From: Lama guanicoe | Taxonomy: Eukaryota | Assembly (NCBI GenBank): GCA_013239625.1 | Contig: MU054413.1 | Location: 10,339,109-10,403,108 of the forward strand | Direction of reading: 5' to 3' | Length of the DNA: 64,000 nucleotides | Shown here: positions 1 through 12,300 of the stretch, piece by piece | Layout: each line of letters starts with the position of its first letter | Numbering within the stretch: position 1 is the stretch's first letter | The notes under the pieces: model-generated | Databases searched by the model: none | Told to the model about the DNA's origin: nothing | What the model saw: only the letters and a program-made list of their open reading frames with translations | Translations under genes and position numbers: made by a program

Positions 1-274
1 TGTTTACTGAGTGTTTGCTGTGTGCCAGGCACCATGCTGAGGACTCTCCAGACACTGGCTCCTTCAAGTCCTCCCTGTGACTTTGGGGTAGATGTGTCTA
101 CATTTTGCAGAAGAGAAAACGGAGGCTGACTGACTTGCCAAAACCACGTACCCATGGACAGGTGGAAGAGGGATTTGAACCCAGCTCTTGCTCACTCTAA
201 AGTCTGTGCAACTAACTCCCGGGCCATGCCAGCTGCATACCCCCAGCACCCAGGCCTGTGCCCTCCAGCCTCAC

Positions 275-382
275 CCTCCTGGCTATGCGTGGATTCTCTG
301 GGTTGTCCTTCACGGAAATGGTCAGCTTGTACTCTGGGATCCGCTCACGGTCCAGGGGCCGGTTCACAGTGACAATCCCTGT
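275..382 (-). CDS. CDH23: CDH23 exon (108 nt): [36 protein letters not shown]
   Basis: cag|ACAGGG...AGGAGG|gtgagg; translated by hand. Confidence 0.96.
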
Positions 383-3300
383 CTGGGAGGTAGAGTGTGG
401 TGAGCTGAGCAGTGACCTGTCCCCCCACTTTGGGCTCTGGCCTACAGAGGCCCAACTGCTCTGCCAGCAGGAGTGGCTGTGAATTATCTTCCTAAACCAC
501 CAAATGGTCTAGAAGGCCAAAATGGGTTGGCAGGGTCTTGCCAGGGCAAGAGTGACCACCAATGCCCGGTCTTTCTGCCTCAAAGGGATGGTTCCTCAGA
601 GAACCTCACGGTTTCAGCAGCTGATAACCCTCCAAGAGGTCAAGTGAGGACTTCTAGGTACAAAGGATATCTTGGTACAAACCAAGTGGTACAAAGTCTC
701 TGTCCATCTCTGCACATGACAAGCCTTGGGGTGACAAGGACCCCAGAGGTGGCTCACCTACAAATCCAAGATTCCATGCTCCCCACAGAGACCCCCACAT
801 CCCAGTGGAGGGTGGAGACTTGAGGAGGAAGTGGAACCAGCAGAAGCCCAGACAGATAGAAAAGCCCCTGGGGCAGGGTCCTCTTTTTTAGGCAAAATCC
901 TGGGGGCTTTCCTGGGGTCAGCCCCGGCCCTACCGTGGCATTGATGGAGAAGGCCTGCTCTCGGTTGCCTGCGGTGATGTTGAAGGTGAGGAGGGCGTTG
1001 CACCCACTGTCAGCGTCACTGGCCAGGACATGGGCGACGAAGCTGGAGACGGGGCTGTTCTCACTGATGGTGACGTTCATGGGCAGGTTCCGCAGCACGG
1101 GGTCGTTGTCGTTGATGTCCAGCACCCGAATCCCCACCAGCATCTGGGGCATATCAGAGAGGAGGGGAAGTGAGGGAGGAGGACAAGGAGAAAAGGGGGC
1201 ACGGGGTGGGGATGGAGGGGAGAGAGGAGGAGGAGAAAGGGACGAGGTAGCTGAGGAGGAGGAGACGGAGAAGACAGCCAAGGAATAGGAACTGAGGACG
1301 GAAAGGTGCAGCTGGTCATGGAGAAGGAAGGGGATGACAAGGACAATGATCATAAAAAAAAGAGGATGAAAATGAGGGTAAAAGAAAAGCAGAAAAGATA
1401 AAGAGGCAGAGATGGGGTGGAAATGGCAGAGTGACAGGTACAGAGGTCTGGCAGACAGGCAGCCTCCCCAGAGCCCTCCGAGTGGCCGTGGCTGCCAGGC
1501 CCCAGGTCCAGCCCCTACGGGTGGACTGGCTCCAGAGCAGCCCGAGGCCGCTCTGGGCATGAGGGTGGCAGTGTTGACAGGAGTCTCTATAAAGAGTTCA
1601 GGGTGTAGTGAGGCGAAGCCAGTCAAATGGGGTCTCCAGACTCACTGTGGAGCTGAGTGGGGGTACCCCCCTGTCTCGAGCACAGATGGTCAGGTTGTAG
1701 AAAGAAATGGTCTCCCGGTCCAGCTCCACATCCTTCTGGACTCGCAGCACCCCCTCCACGGGAGAGATCACAAACTCCCCTGGGTGCCGCCCAGGAGAGG
1801 CCAGAGTTAGTAGAGAACGGCCACGAGTCAGGCTGCTTCTAAAAAGTCCTACTTGCCAGGGTCAGGGGACAGCCAGGGCATGGGCCCTCCAGTGTCCCCA
1901 GCTTCAGATCCTCACGAGACCCGCCAAGGGCTGAGAAGTGCAGGAGGTAGAGGGGCAGATACTACTAAGGGTGCAAGCAGGCAGGGACCTGCTCATGCCC
2001 TGAGGTGCATGAGATGCCAGGCCATTTTCCTTCCCTGGGCCCTGAGCAGGCCAGGGACCCACCCTGCGTAAGAAGGTTTTGTTGAGAAGTGGGGCTTCCC
2101 TTTCCACACAAGCACCCTCTTTCTTACTATTATTGATCAGAAATCAATTAATGAAGGCGTTGGAAACTTCATAATGTGTGATCCTTCCCAGATACCACGC
2201 CCTGTAAACAGGATGTTGGGGAAGGGCAAAGTTTACCCCAAAGGAATACAACACTAATGGTGAGGCACTGGGGCAGGGATAAAGTTGGGATGGGGGTGGG
2301 GGACGGGGAAGCCCCCAAGTACCTTCCGTTCAGCCCTGATACTGAGCCAGCTGGAGTGCAGCCAGGGTGCTCCCAGGCCTGTGGCCTCCCTTGGCCCCTA
2401 GTTGGCCATGATTTCCTTTCTTTTTTTTTTAATTGAAGTATAGTCAGTTTATAATAATGTGTTACTTTCTGGTGTATAGCATAGTGATTCAGTTATACAT
2501 ACACACACATACATGTATACATGTATATATTCCTTTCCATATTTTTTACAGGCTATTACAAGGTATTGAATACAGTTCTCTGTGCTGTACAGTAGGAGCT
2601 TGCTTCTATTTTACATGCAGTAGCTACTGTCTGCAAATCTCAAACTCCCAATTTATCCCTCTACCCTACCCTTTCTCCCCCGATAACTATAAGTATGTTT
2701 TCTATGTCTGTGAGTCTGTCTGTTTTGCAAATAAGTTCATTTGTGTATTTTTTTTTTTAAGATTCCACATGAAAGGGATTTGATTCCCTTTCTTCGAGGT
2801 TTCTGAGGACCCTCAGCTGGACCCCTGGCTTCAATCCTTATCTTGGCCTTGCTGAGGGATCAGACGTCTAAGAGTGCCTAGAGCAAGAGCCTCAGATTTG
2901 CAGTCTCTGCACTGGCAGGGACCTCAGAGATCGGCCGGTGTCCTCTGGAAAATTGAATGGCAAAGAAGGGTGATGACTTGTTTGAGCCCCCACAGCAAGT
3001 TAATGACAGAACCTGGACTTGAACCCAGGGCTCTGCATCTCAGCCCACTGCAGCCATGGGACTCACCACTCAGAGCTGACTAGGGCTGGAGGGGTGGGAG
3101 GGAAGGGGCTGGAGGGGAAGAGCAGAGAGGCAGGAAGCCAGGAAGGTTAGCAGAGGCCCAGCTGGATGGAAGCGCTCAGGGGGCCAAGGCAAGTGAGGGC
3201 GGATGAGCGAGGGAGGTGGGGAGAAGGTGAGGAAGAGGGGGTCATCTCTATGCACTCTCCCAGGAACTGGAAACAGGGAGAAAGTTAGTTCCTTCACTGG

Positions 3301-6300
3301 CCCTTTTGACAGCTGGGGGAAGAGGCTCCGAGTAGGGCACTGACTTGCTCACAGACACACAGCACACAAGGGCGCGGCAAGGACAGAGGCCCAAGCTACC
3401 CAACAGTTTTCTCTGCCTGATTCTTCACATCCTCCCCAAGTCTCTGCTCCCAACTCCTACTGCTCTGATTTACCAAAACTGCCTTTTCTTGGCCCACCTG
3501 CAGCTGGGATTTCCCACTAGCCCTTCTGCTCCCAGCAGCCCTATGGCTACATCCAGCTGAGAGAGGCGGAAGCTGCTTGAAACTGGATTTCCTGATACTC
3601 CAAGGTCTCCAAAGAACTGGGGATTCCCTTTCTAGGGGTTTCCCAGCCCTGTGTGAGCTCCTGGCCATAAGCAAGCAGATGGTCTGATGCCTTCTCTCCA
3701 AAGCCAGCCACCCTCTTGAAGGAAAGGAAGAGGTTCTGAAGGCTCAGGGAAGCAAGCCTGAGGGACTGGGGGCTAGAGTCCCATGAGGTGAGCTCAGTGG
3801 GGGAAGTGGGCAGGTCAAAGGCCCCCACACTACAAATTACCCCCCTCAGCAGCTGGGGCCGGAACACCCCCTGCCCCACTCCACTTCTTCTGGAGATTGG
3901 GGATAAAAGCATCTAATCAGAACCAGGTATGCATCCTGATTTCACTCCTATACACCCTTGGGCATGTGACTGATTTTCACCTTGATGTTCTAATCCGAAA
4001 AATGGGCTAATAAAGAGGTATCATCACAGGGCTGTGCTGGTGCTGGCCCAGTTCACCTTGTGTGTGTTGGACCCACGACAGCTCTTGGCATCATCAGGGA
4101 GATCCTGAAAGTGAGCCCAGGCAGCCCTCCAAAGGAGCTGGGGGCTTTCAAGGAGGATGTGGATGTAAGAAAAGGGTCCAAGGAGCGCTCCAGACCAGAA
4201 GGGGCAGTTGGAGGTTCTGAGAAGATGGGCTGGTGGGAGAGGTGCGAGTGATAATGGCCTTCTCTCCCAACTGTTCTTTGCGTGTCTCCTCACAGCTTAG
4301 TGGGGCTTGTGAGAGCCGTCAGCCCTGACGTCTCCCCACCAACAGAAGCCCCCTCCAGGTTCAGGCTGCAGTGGTGGAAATGTGGCCTTGAAGCCAGGCG
4401 ACCTGGAGCACATCCCTTCACTGAACCGGCTCTCCACATAATTTATAGTGTTTGCCAATTTTTTCAAGTTACCAACATGGTGTCAGTGAACCCGGGAGCG
4501 AGAAGAGAGGTGAGGAGTGGGTGTTGTGACCCGTACAAGCTGCTGCAGCACACCGCTAGGTCATCCACCCCACCCCACCCAGCCTTTGCTCTCTCTTCTG
4601 GAATGTGGGGAGTGCTCAGTGAGCCCCAAGTTATCTTTGGACTCTGAATGTCTACTCTTCCTTCCCAGAGGGGAGGGAGCCCCAGGCCAGGTGTGAGCCC
4701 TGCACCCTAGAGCCGGATACAGAGAGGGCTCCTTTCTGGGAGGGGGGCCAGCTGCCCACCCAGCACCCACCTGTCAAGCAGGCCTTGGCATCCTCCCAAA
4801 CAGGAGCAGGACTCCTGTGAAATGCCGCAACTGCTGTGCGTGCATGGCAGCAGCAGACGAGAAAGGCCCATGCTCTGCTGGTTTCAGAGCAGAAAGGCAC
4901 AGTGCTTGGCCAGACAGAGGACTTTGGGGGCACAAAAGGGTAGCATGTCAGAACAGAGTGAGCCACCACAAGTTCTGAACAGCAGGGGCTCCAAGTCTGG
5001 CCCTACAAAAAGAGTTTGTTTTTTAGCATCTTAAATGCAAATTCACCCCAGGTTCTATGTTCTATCCTTGGACTTCTCTGTCTCCTGCCTCAGTATACTT
5101 CTTCCATCTTGTGCCTTTAAATATCTCTAGGATGACTACTCCCAAATACCTCTCCTCAGTGCAAATTTTTCTCCTGAACTTCTGGCTTGAACATCCAAGC
5201 CCATTCTGACATCTCAAACCCAACCTCATCCTTCCCCCTACTTTTCCTGCTCCTGCCGCTGTCTTCCCATCGTCGGCTAACAGCAATGCTGCCTCCCTAG
5301 TTGCTCAGGCCAAAAATCTTGGTGTTATCCTTCGACTTTTGTTCACATCCCACATCTGATCAGTCAGTGTATCCTCTTGGCTCTGTCTTTGAAATATATC
5401 AGAGCTCTCACCACCTCCAGTGCCACCTCCCTGGTCCCAGCTACATCACCTCTAGCCCAAGTGTCTGCCATGAACTCCTACCTGGTTTCCTTGCTCACAT
5501 TCCTGAACCTCTATGGTCTGTTCCAAACTCAGGGACTGGAGTGGCCCTGTTGAAATCTAAGTCAGATTACATCCCTCCTCTGCTCAAAGCCCTCCTACCG
5601 TTCCCACATCACTTGGAGGAAAAGCCAAGTCCTCACAGTGGCCTGCAAAGCCCGACAACATCTAGGCCTGCTCCCTCTCTGATCTGACCTCTTCCTACGC
5701 TCCCCCTCATTTGGCTTCATGCCAGGCACAGGGCTTTTGGCTCCTCTGTGAACATGCCAGGCACATTGCGACCTCAGGGCCTTTGCATTTGCCACTCCCA
5801 CTATCTGTCATACTCCTCCCTGGATGTCCACATGACCCACTCCTCACCTCCTTCAGGTCTTTGCTCAAATGTCACCTCCGTGCACAGATCTTCCTTGAGT
5901 ACTTTCTAAAATTGAGCCGTCACCCTGGCACTCTCCATCTCCTGGCTTTACATTTCTCTGTAGCACTAAGCACCTCCCAATAGACTAAGTTGTCTACTTA
6001 ATCAGTTATGCTCATTGCCTGTGTCTTCCAACTGGAACATATGTTCTCTAAGGGCAGGGATTGGTGTCTGTTTTGTACCATTCTGTATCCTCAGCATCTG
6101 GAATATGATCAGCAAATACGCTCAATAAATGTTTTTTGAGTGATCAATTAAAAATCAAATGCTTCACAAAGATTTGGATTTCCAGCTTTTCTCTAAACAA
6201 TGGGAAGGCCTCCCCCATGGGCCTGCATTTCAACCTGACCGCAGTTGGCAGGAGTGAAGCTGCAGCTGCCACAGCCCCCACTGCTCCCTACTGTCTTGCC

Positions 6301-9300
6301 CAGACCTTTTCTCCCATGTATGCTCCCTGCCTGGCCCCAGTAGGCCTTGAGTTTGGGATTCCTACTGGACAGAAATAAGTAAAAACTGTCTTGAGAAATC
6401 TCTCCGGCCAATCAAACCCCTCTCTTCAACTGAGGCGAACAGCCAAGGTAGCTGTGAAGGCTACTAAGGGTTGACAATGAGATGTGCAGAGAAATCCGGG
6501 TGCTCCCTGAATGTGCGTATTTGGGGGGTCCTGAAGGTCTGGGCCAAGGATGCTCATCCCTTCTCTTCTCCGGAGCCTACTTTCTGGATATGACATAGGG
6601 GCACTTTTCTATCAGGTTCTCAAAGGGGTCTGTGACCTTCCAAGGCTACCAGCCTCTGATCCCAGATTTCAGGGTTCTCACTATATTCCTGGGGGAAGAT
6701 TATTCCCATCATATTACAGGCAGGGAGACTGGGGCCCAGAGAAGGCAAGATCACACGATGGTGGGGCTAACCGCCTCAAGACCTCCTTTCTCATCCTGTT
6801 CCGGAGCCAGGCTGGGGAGAGGCCCTCTGGATCATGCCACCCCCATCACCCAGCTCAGGCCCCACTCACCCAGAGGGTCTCCATCCACGATGCTGTACTC
6901 CACCTGTCCATTAGGACCCGAGTCCCGGTCATGGGCCAGGAAGGTCCACACTCTGGGTCCTGGCTGGCCCTCGGTGACATCAAATGGCCCCTCGTAGTCT
7001 TGGGGGAAGGTGGGCATGTTGTCGTTGATGTCATTCACATTCACAAGCACCTGGGGATGATGAGCAAGTTTGGCCAGAGCCACCCCCAGTCAGCCCTGCT
7101 CATCTGTAAACTGGACCGGATAATTCTGCCTCATGGGTCAATGCGAGAATCACATTGGATAATAGATGCAGGAGGGCTTTTTAAGCTATGCATGTGCGTA
7201 AGTCACTGTTATTGTCAAAGCCTCTTTATGGGCATAATAATATGGGCATAAAATTATTAATAATAATGCTAAGAGCTTCTACTTATTGTTGTACTGGGGT
7301 CATTTTACCTGGTGTCACTTGGTCTTCCAACATTGTGAAACAGTTTTTATTCTCCCCCTTTTACTCAGGGAGGTTAAGTTACTAGCCCAGAGCCACACAG
7401 GTAGGAAACAGAAGATCAAGGATGTGAACCCCTGTTGGTTTGACTAGAGTCTGTGCTCTTCCCACGAAGTGGGGGAAGACAGGTGTCATTATCTAGCTGA
7501 TGGTTGCAGCCACACAGAGAGGTTCAGTAACCTCCTCAAAGTCACAAAGCAAGTTTGGGTGAGTTGTGGAGACCAGACAGGGCTTTTGGATTGAGATGTT
7601 TCTCCTGGATAATCTTTCTCTACAATACTTCCCCACTGAACTTTCTGTGACCTGTCCTGCCCCAACCCCAAATTGGGGCTGTGCCCCACCACTCACCGTG
7701 GTGGTAGAGGTGAGGCGGTGGGACAAGATGGGGCACTGGTCTGTGGCGGTGACAGTCAGGGTGTAGTGCCCGTGGCTGATCTCGTAGTCCAGCTCCTTGG
7801 CAGCACGGATGACGCCCTGTGGGATACGGAGAGGGACAAGGGTGGATCAGTGGGTGGTGGGTCTGGGCCACCCTAGGGACTAGCTCCTTCATGAGGTACC
7901 CTCTGACCACCCCAGGAGGTACGCCCTGACATCCTGGCCATGATAGGGAATGCTGCTGTCCTCTAAACCAGGCCCCACCCATGCTTTTCATACTCCTGCA
8001 TGCGCTGCCCCGTTGGTTTCCTCCCAGACTCCATCTTTGCTCTGTCCTCAACCCCATGATGTCACTGAGCTCCCCTCTAATCCCTTTAGCCAGCTGATCC
8101 TCCTCCTGGACCCTGCTACCAGCTGCTGACCGTGTGCCTGTTGATATGAAAGGTGTCGATGATGTTGCCTGCAACGATGGTGTAAGTAACGGTGCCATTA
8201 GGCCCCTCATCCAGGTCTAGCGCCTGGATGGTGACCAGGCTGGCGTTGATTGTGTCTGGGCCCTCATCCAGTAAGATCTCGTAGTGGGGCTGCTGGAATA
8301 CAGGTGTGTTATCATTCTCGTCCATGATGGTCACGTACACGTAGGTGGTAGCCTGTGGAAAAGAGTAAGGTCAGGTTCTGTGGTCAGCTGGCTGGAGGAT
8401 TTGAGGTGGACCCAGCTGGATGTTCTCCTAGGCTGAACTTACTCAGTGGGATTCAATAGAGTGAGGGAAAGGGAGAAGGATGAGAGTGAGGGAAGTCCCA
8501 GGCTGATAGTGGAAGAAATCACAGAGGCTTCACCGAAAGCCAAGCTAGGTAACTGCTTTAGGTCCAAGTTAGCACTTGCACCACCACCCTTCTGTCCATG
8601 CCCATGGCAGACATCACTAATCAATCATGGTACTGCTGGGGCCAGATGCAATCCCAGGATTCCTGTCAGCATGCTGATCTAGTGATTAAAACTGGTATAT
8701 GAGATGAACCCCAGTAACTACCTCCAGCCCATAGCTTTGACTGGGCCTGGGTCTTCCTGACACTGGGCCTCCTTCTAGATCACAAAAGGCAAGAATGTGA
8801 TGTACTCAGTCTACGCATTCAAGCTTTACCCATTATTCATGTAAGTGAAAGAAATACCCATTTTCAGCATTTTTGAGAGGAACAACACTGGGTTTGAGGC
8901 AATTACATGGGCATAATTTGTTGAACTGTGAAAAGTAAAGCTCTCAGCACATGACTTCACTGCAAGAACAGTTTGTGCACCATGTTCTCCTGTCAGTGAC
9001 CATTTTTGGCTGATTTGGTCCAATCAGACCACAGGTAAAACTTAGCCAATCGGAACTCAGCAAGTAGCACTCAAGAACCACTGAGAAATGGTTGATGTGG
9101 CACTTCAAAAGCAGAGTAGATAAATGGAAGAAGGAAATTAGCCATGTGCTGGCATTCTCTGTCCCCCTGCTGCCCTCCTCCCTTCTCTGCTTCTGTGCCT
9201 GGGAGGATATCCCCTGTGGACTGCCTCACCTAGGCTCCCTTGACATCTGGCTTTCAGACGGTTTGGCCAATGGAAGGTCCCAGCAGAAGACAGGAGAGGA

Positions 9301-12300
9301 AGGTACTTCACTCATACTCCCTCCTTTCCTCTCTGCAGTTCTGCCAGCAGCTGTGTTTCCTGTGCTGCGTGGCCCCTCTTTCAGGGTCTAGCCCTCAACG
9401 GGCTCCAGGTGCCTCACCTCCTCTTCTTGTCCTTCTGCACCCCTGGGCGGGTAATGGCTTCCTGTGGTTGTTGATCTACGGGTGCCTCACTAGCTCTCTG
9501 TAAATGATCTCCCATTAAACTCTCTTCAGCTGAACCCTTTCTGAGTGTGCCAGCTGTTTCCTGTCAGGACCTTGACTCATACAAACTATAATTAGTGACT
9601 AATATAAAATAATAAGGTTACAACAACTGCGAAGACGTCTGGGTAGAGAGAATGTGACCAGGCCATTGCCAAGGGCAGGGAACAGAAAGCAGGTAGTGCA
9701 AAAAGCTGGATGTAGACAAACTGTGTGCACCTTTTGCTTGGCACTGGCTGGCTCTGGAACCACCTGTGGGAGGATGGACAGAAGGACAGGAGACCTAACT
9801 GTAGAAGACTGTCACTGCCCCTGTGGAGGCCATGAGTCCCCGGAGCTGCAGCTCTGGTTGGGGGGGCGGGCGTGCTAGGTAGTTGTTGGAACTGTTTCCA
9901 AAGCTGGTAGGGTTGGCAGCCTTGAGTTGAGGCTCTGTGACCTTGGTCATGTCACATCTCTTCTCTGGACTTTGTTAATAAAGGACCTGACTTGTTCTTT
10001 AACATCCTTTCTGGCTCAGGCATCCCGAGGTTCTGGTCTGTTATCATTAGTCTAAATCTCTTCAATAGGAAGCTATTCCTTTGGGTCTTAGAGTCTCAAC
10101 GAATATTTATGACAATAAGCACACAGAGTGGGAAAATGTATTATTTTAACATTTCTCAGACTTCTCCACTGGAGTGGAGCAGGAACTTGCACTGAGTTGG
10201 GGAAAAGCCTGAAGTGTTTGTCTCAAGAATGTAAGATCTTTGAGACCTCTCATTATCTTTGAAAGCTCAGATAAATTCCACAGTCTTCTCTATAACGTGT
10301 TTGTATTGGTTTTCATTAAAAACAGTGGTGGGGTCTCCAAATATCTGAGTACAGATGACTGTCAAGGAAGGCCACTGTGTGCATCTTGTGGCTCTTCATG
10401 GTCCTGGATGCAGCTAAGAGCACTCACTACGGAGGAGGAGCTCAGCATGGCGTCCTCCTGAGCCCCCTTCTGCCAGTAAGAGCACACGAGCACCGCCCTA
10501 CAGGAAGGAGGCCAGATTCCAGACCCGCTGACATGGTGGGGGTGCTGACATTTCCCACTTCCCTAGACTCCTGGAAGTGGTTCTCACCATCGTGCAGGCT
10601 GCGGGGGCTGAGAGGGGTGGGGGGAAGGGCTCTAATAGAGCCCCCTGTCTCCAAGACCAGGCCTAGCTTGGGAGGCAAAGGTGGGTCTGACTTCCCCTGC
10701 CCTCTGGAGTGAGGAGGAAGTCAGCACCCCAAAGGCCCTCTCAGTCAAGCCCTTCCTGCCCTGGCACTGAAGAAAGAGTTCTTGAGGTTTCTGGACCATG
10801 CCCACACCTTGGGCAATGCCTCTGTGTCTCACCCTGATGCGAACTCAGGAGGCTGAGTTGGGGACAATGTGGTGGGGAGGGGAGGGAGACTGAGCCCAGG
10901 TCAGGTGTTCTCGCCCTCTGGGGAAGGGGCGGTGAGGCAGTTGCTCCCCTCCCCTTATCCAAGGCTTTCTGCACTTACCTTCTAGGCCCTGGGGCAGAGA
11001 GTCTGGTTTCAAGGGTGGCCTGGGCAAGGCCAGGCAGGGGTGGGGAGAGGGAAGGCAGGTGCTCCAGAGTCTCACTCTTCAGTGACCCCTCCTCACCGCT
11101 GCCAGAGGATGGCCAAGGTGGGGAAAGGGCCCAGCACCCACCTGGTTTCAGTTGGCTTTGTAGCTTCCCTGGGTGGAAGAACTCATACTCTGCCAGCAGC
11201 AAGGGCCCTGGGCTGTCTCCCAAAGTGGTGCCATAATCATGATCAAGGACCTGGGTTATGTCCTGGAAATCTCTAGGGCAGCCCTCCCAGGGGGCTCCGT
11301 GGCTCCAGATGGCCTGGGCCTGTGCAAGTTCACCTAGTAATAGCATGATGCCCACTCTTCCTCTGTGGCCCAGGAATGAGAGCTGGGAACTCTCAGAGAG
11401 CCTCGGACTTACAGCAGCCCACCCACGGGTCACCCAGAATTCCTGGCTCCCCTGAGTCTTACCGCCTTGATTCCTGACCTACATGGACTCTGGCTGTCCT
11501 CTGTCCTTCAGCCTGGGTGACGCCTGTGAGCTCAAGATCTCTAACAGGCCAGCAAAGCCCTTGGAAGCTTTACCCAGGCTGGGGTAAACTAGGTACAGTT
11601 GTAGTGCCCTCCCTCTCCCCTGACCCCTGGCACTATCCACTGTCACCTACACTTCTATTTGGGAGATCACTTACTCACTTATTCATCAATTTGTCTATTC
11701 AGATAAGAGTGTATTAAACATCTTCCCTATGTCCAGTTTTGTGCCAGGGACTCAGAAACATCAGGGAGAGGCCCTAGTCCCCAAAAGCTCATAGTCCAGC
11801 TCAGGAAGGCAGATAAACCCAGGTGGAGATCAGCTGGTTGGAAACCTCAGGCTTGGTGTGATAATCAAAAGGGCTGCGGACTGGAGGAGGACCCTCAGGG
11901 GAATTTCAGGGTACTTTGTGAAGAAGGACTTCACTTAAGCCCTAGGGGATGAGAAGAACTGGGAGGAGAGGAGAGAGACATTACCAGTGGTGCCAGTGCT
12001 GGGGGGAGTGCAAGAGCAGAGGACCAGAGGTGGGGGCTGTGAGAGAGTCCTGCAGACATCTACGTGCAGGAAGTGAGAGAGACTGCAAGGCAGGAGGTGA
12101 AGCTATGGCCTGGGTGAGAGGAGCCCTGATTTTTCCATGAGACACACTATCTGAAGATGCACGTGCACATGCACAGATACACACGTGTGTGTGTCCCAGT
12201 GTAGAGATGTGCCAAGCCTGCTGTGTACTCCTGCACCTGTGCCGAATCTGTGAATGTGTGCATGTGCATGGGGGTGTTGCGGGCTCTGGAAGCTACAGTC

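Noticed and set aside
934-1000. Phe-to-Ser difference (AFSINAT) as the human deafness allele F1888S
   Set aside because: Codon counting places F1888 at LTF, which is conserved here; the changed residue is about position 1900
754-1626. 290-aa minus-strand ORF as a stand-alone gene or retained-intron CDH23 isoform
   Set aside because: Only 934-1143 is cadherin sequence; the rest is stop-poor low-complexity intron. The 502-nt intron is not a multiple of 3, so retention would frameshift.
6550-7251. 233-aa plus-strand ORF
   Set aside because: Antisense shadow of a CDH23 exon plus MIR-derived flanks; no domain features
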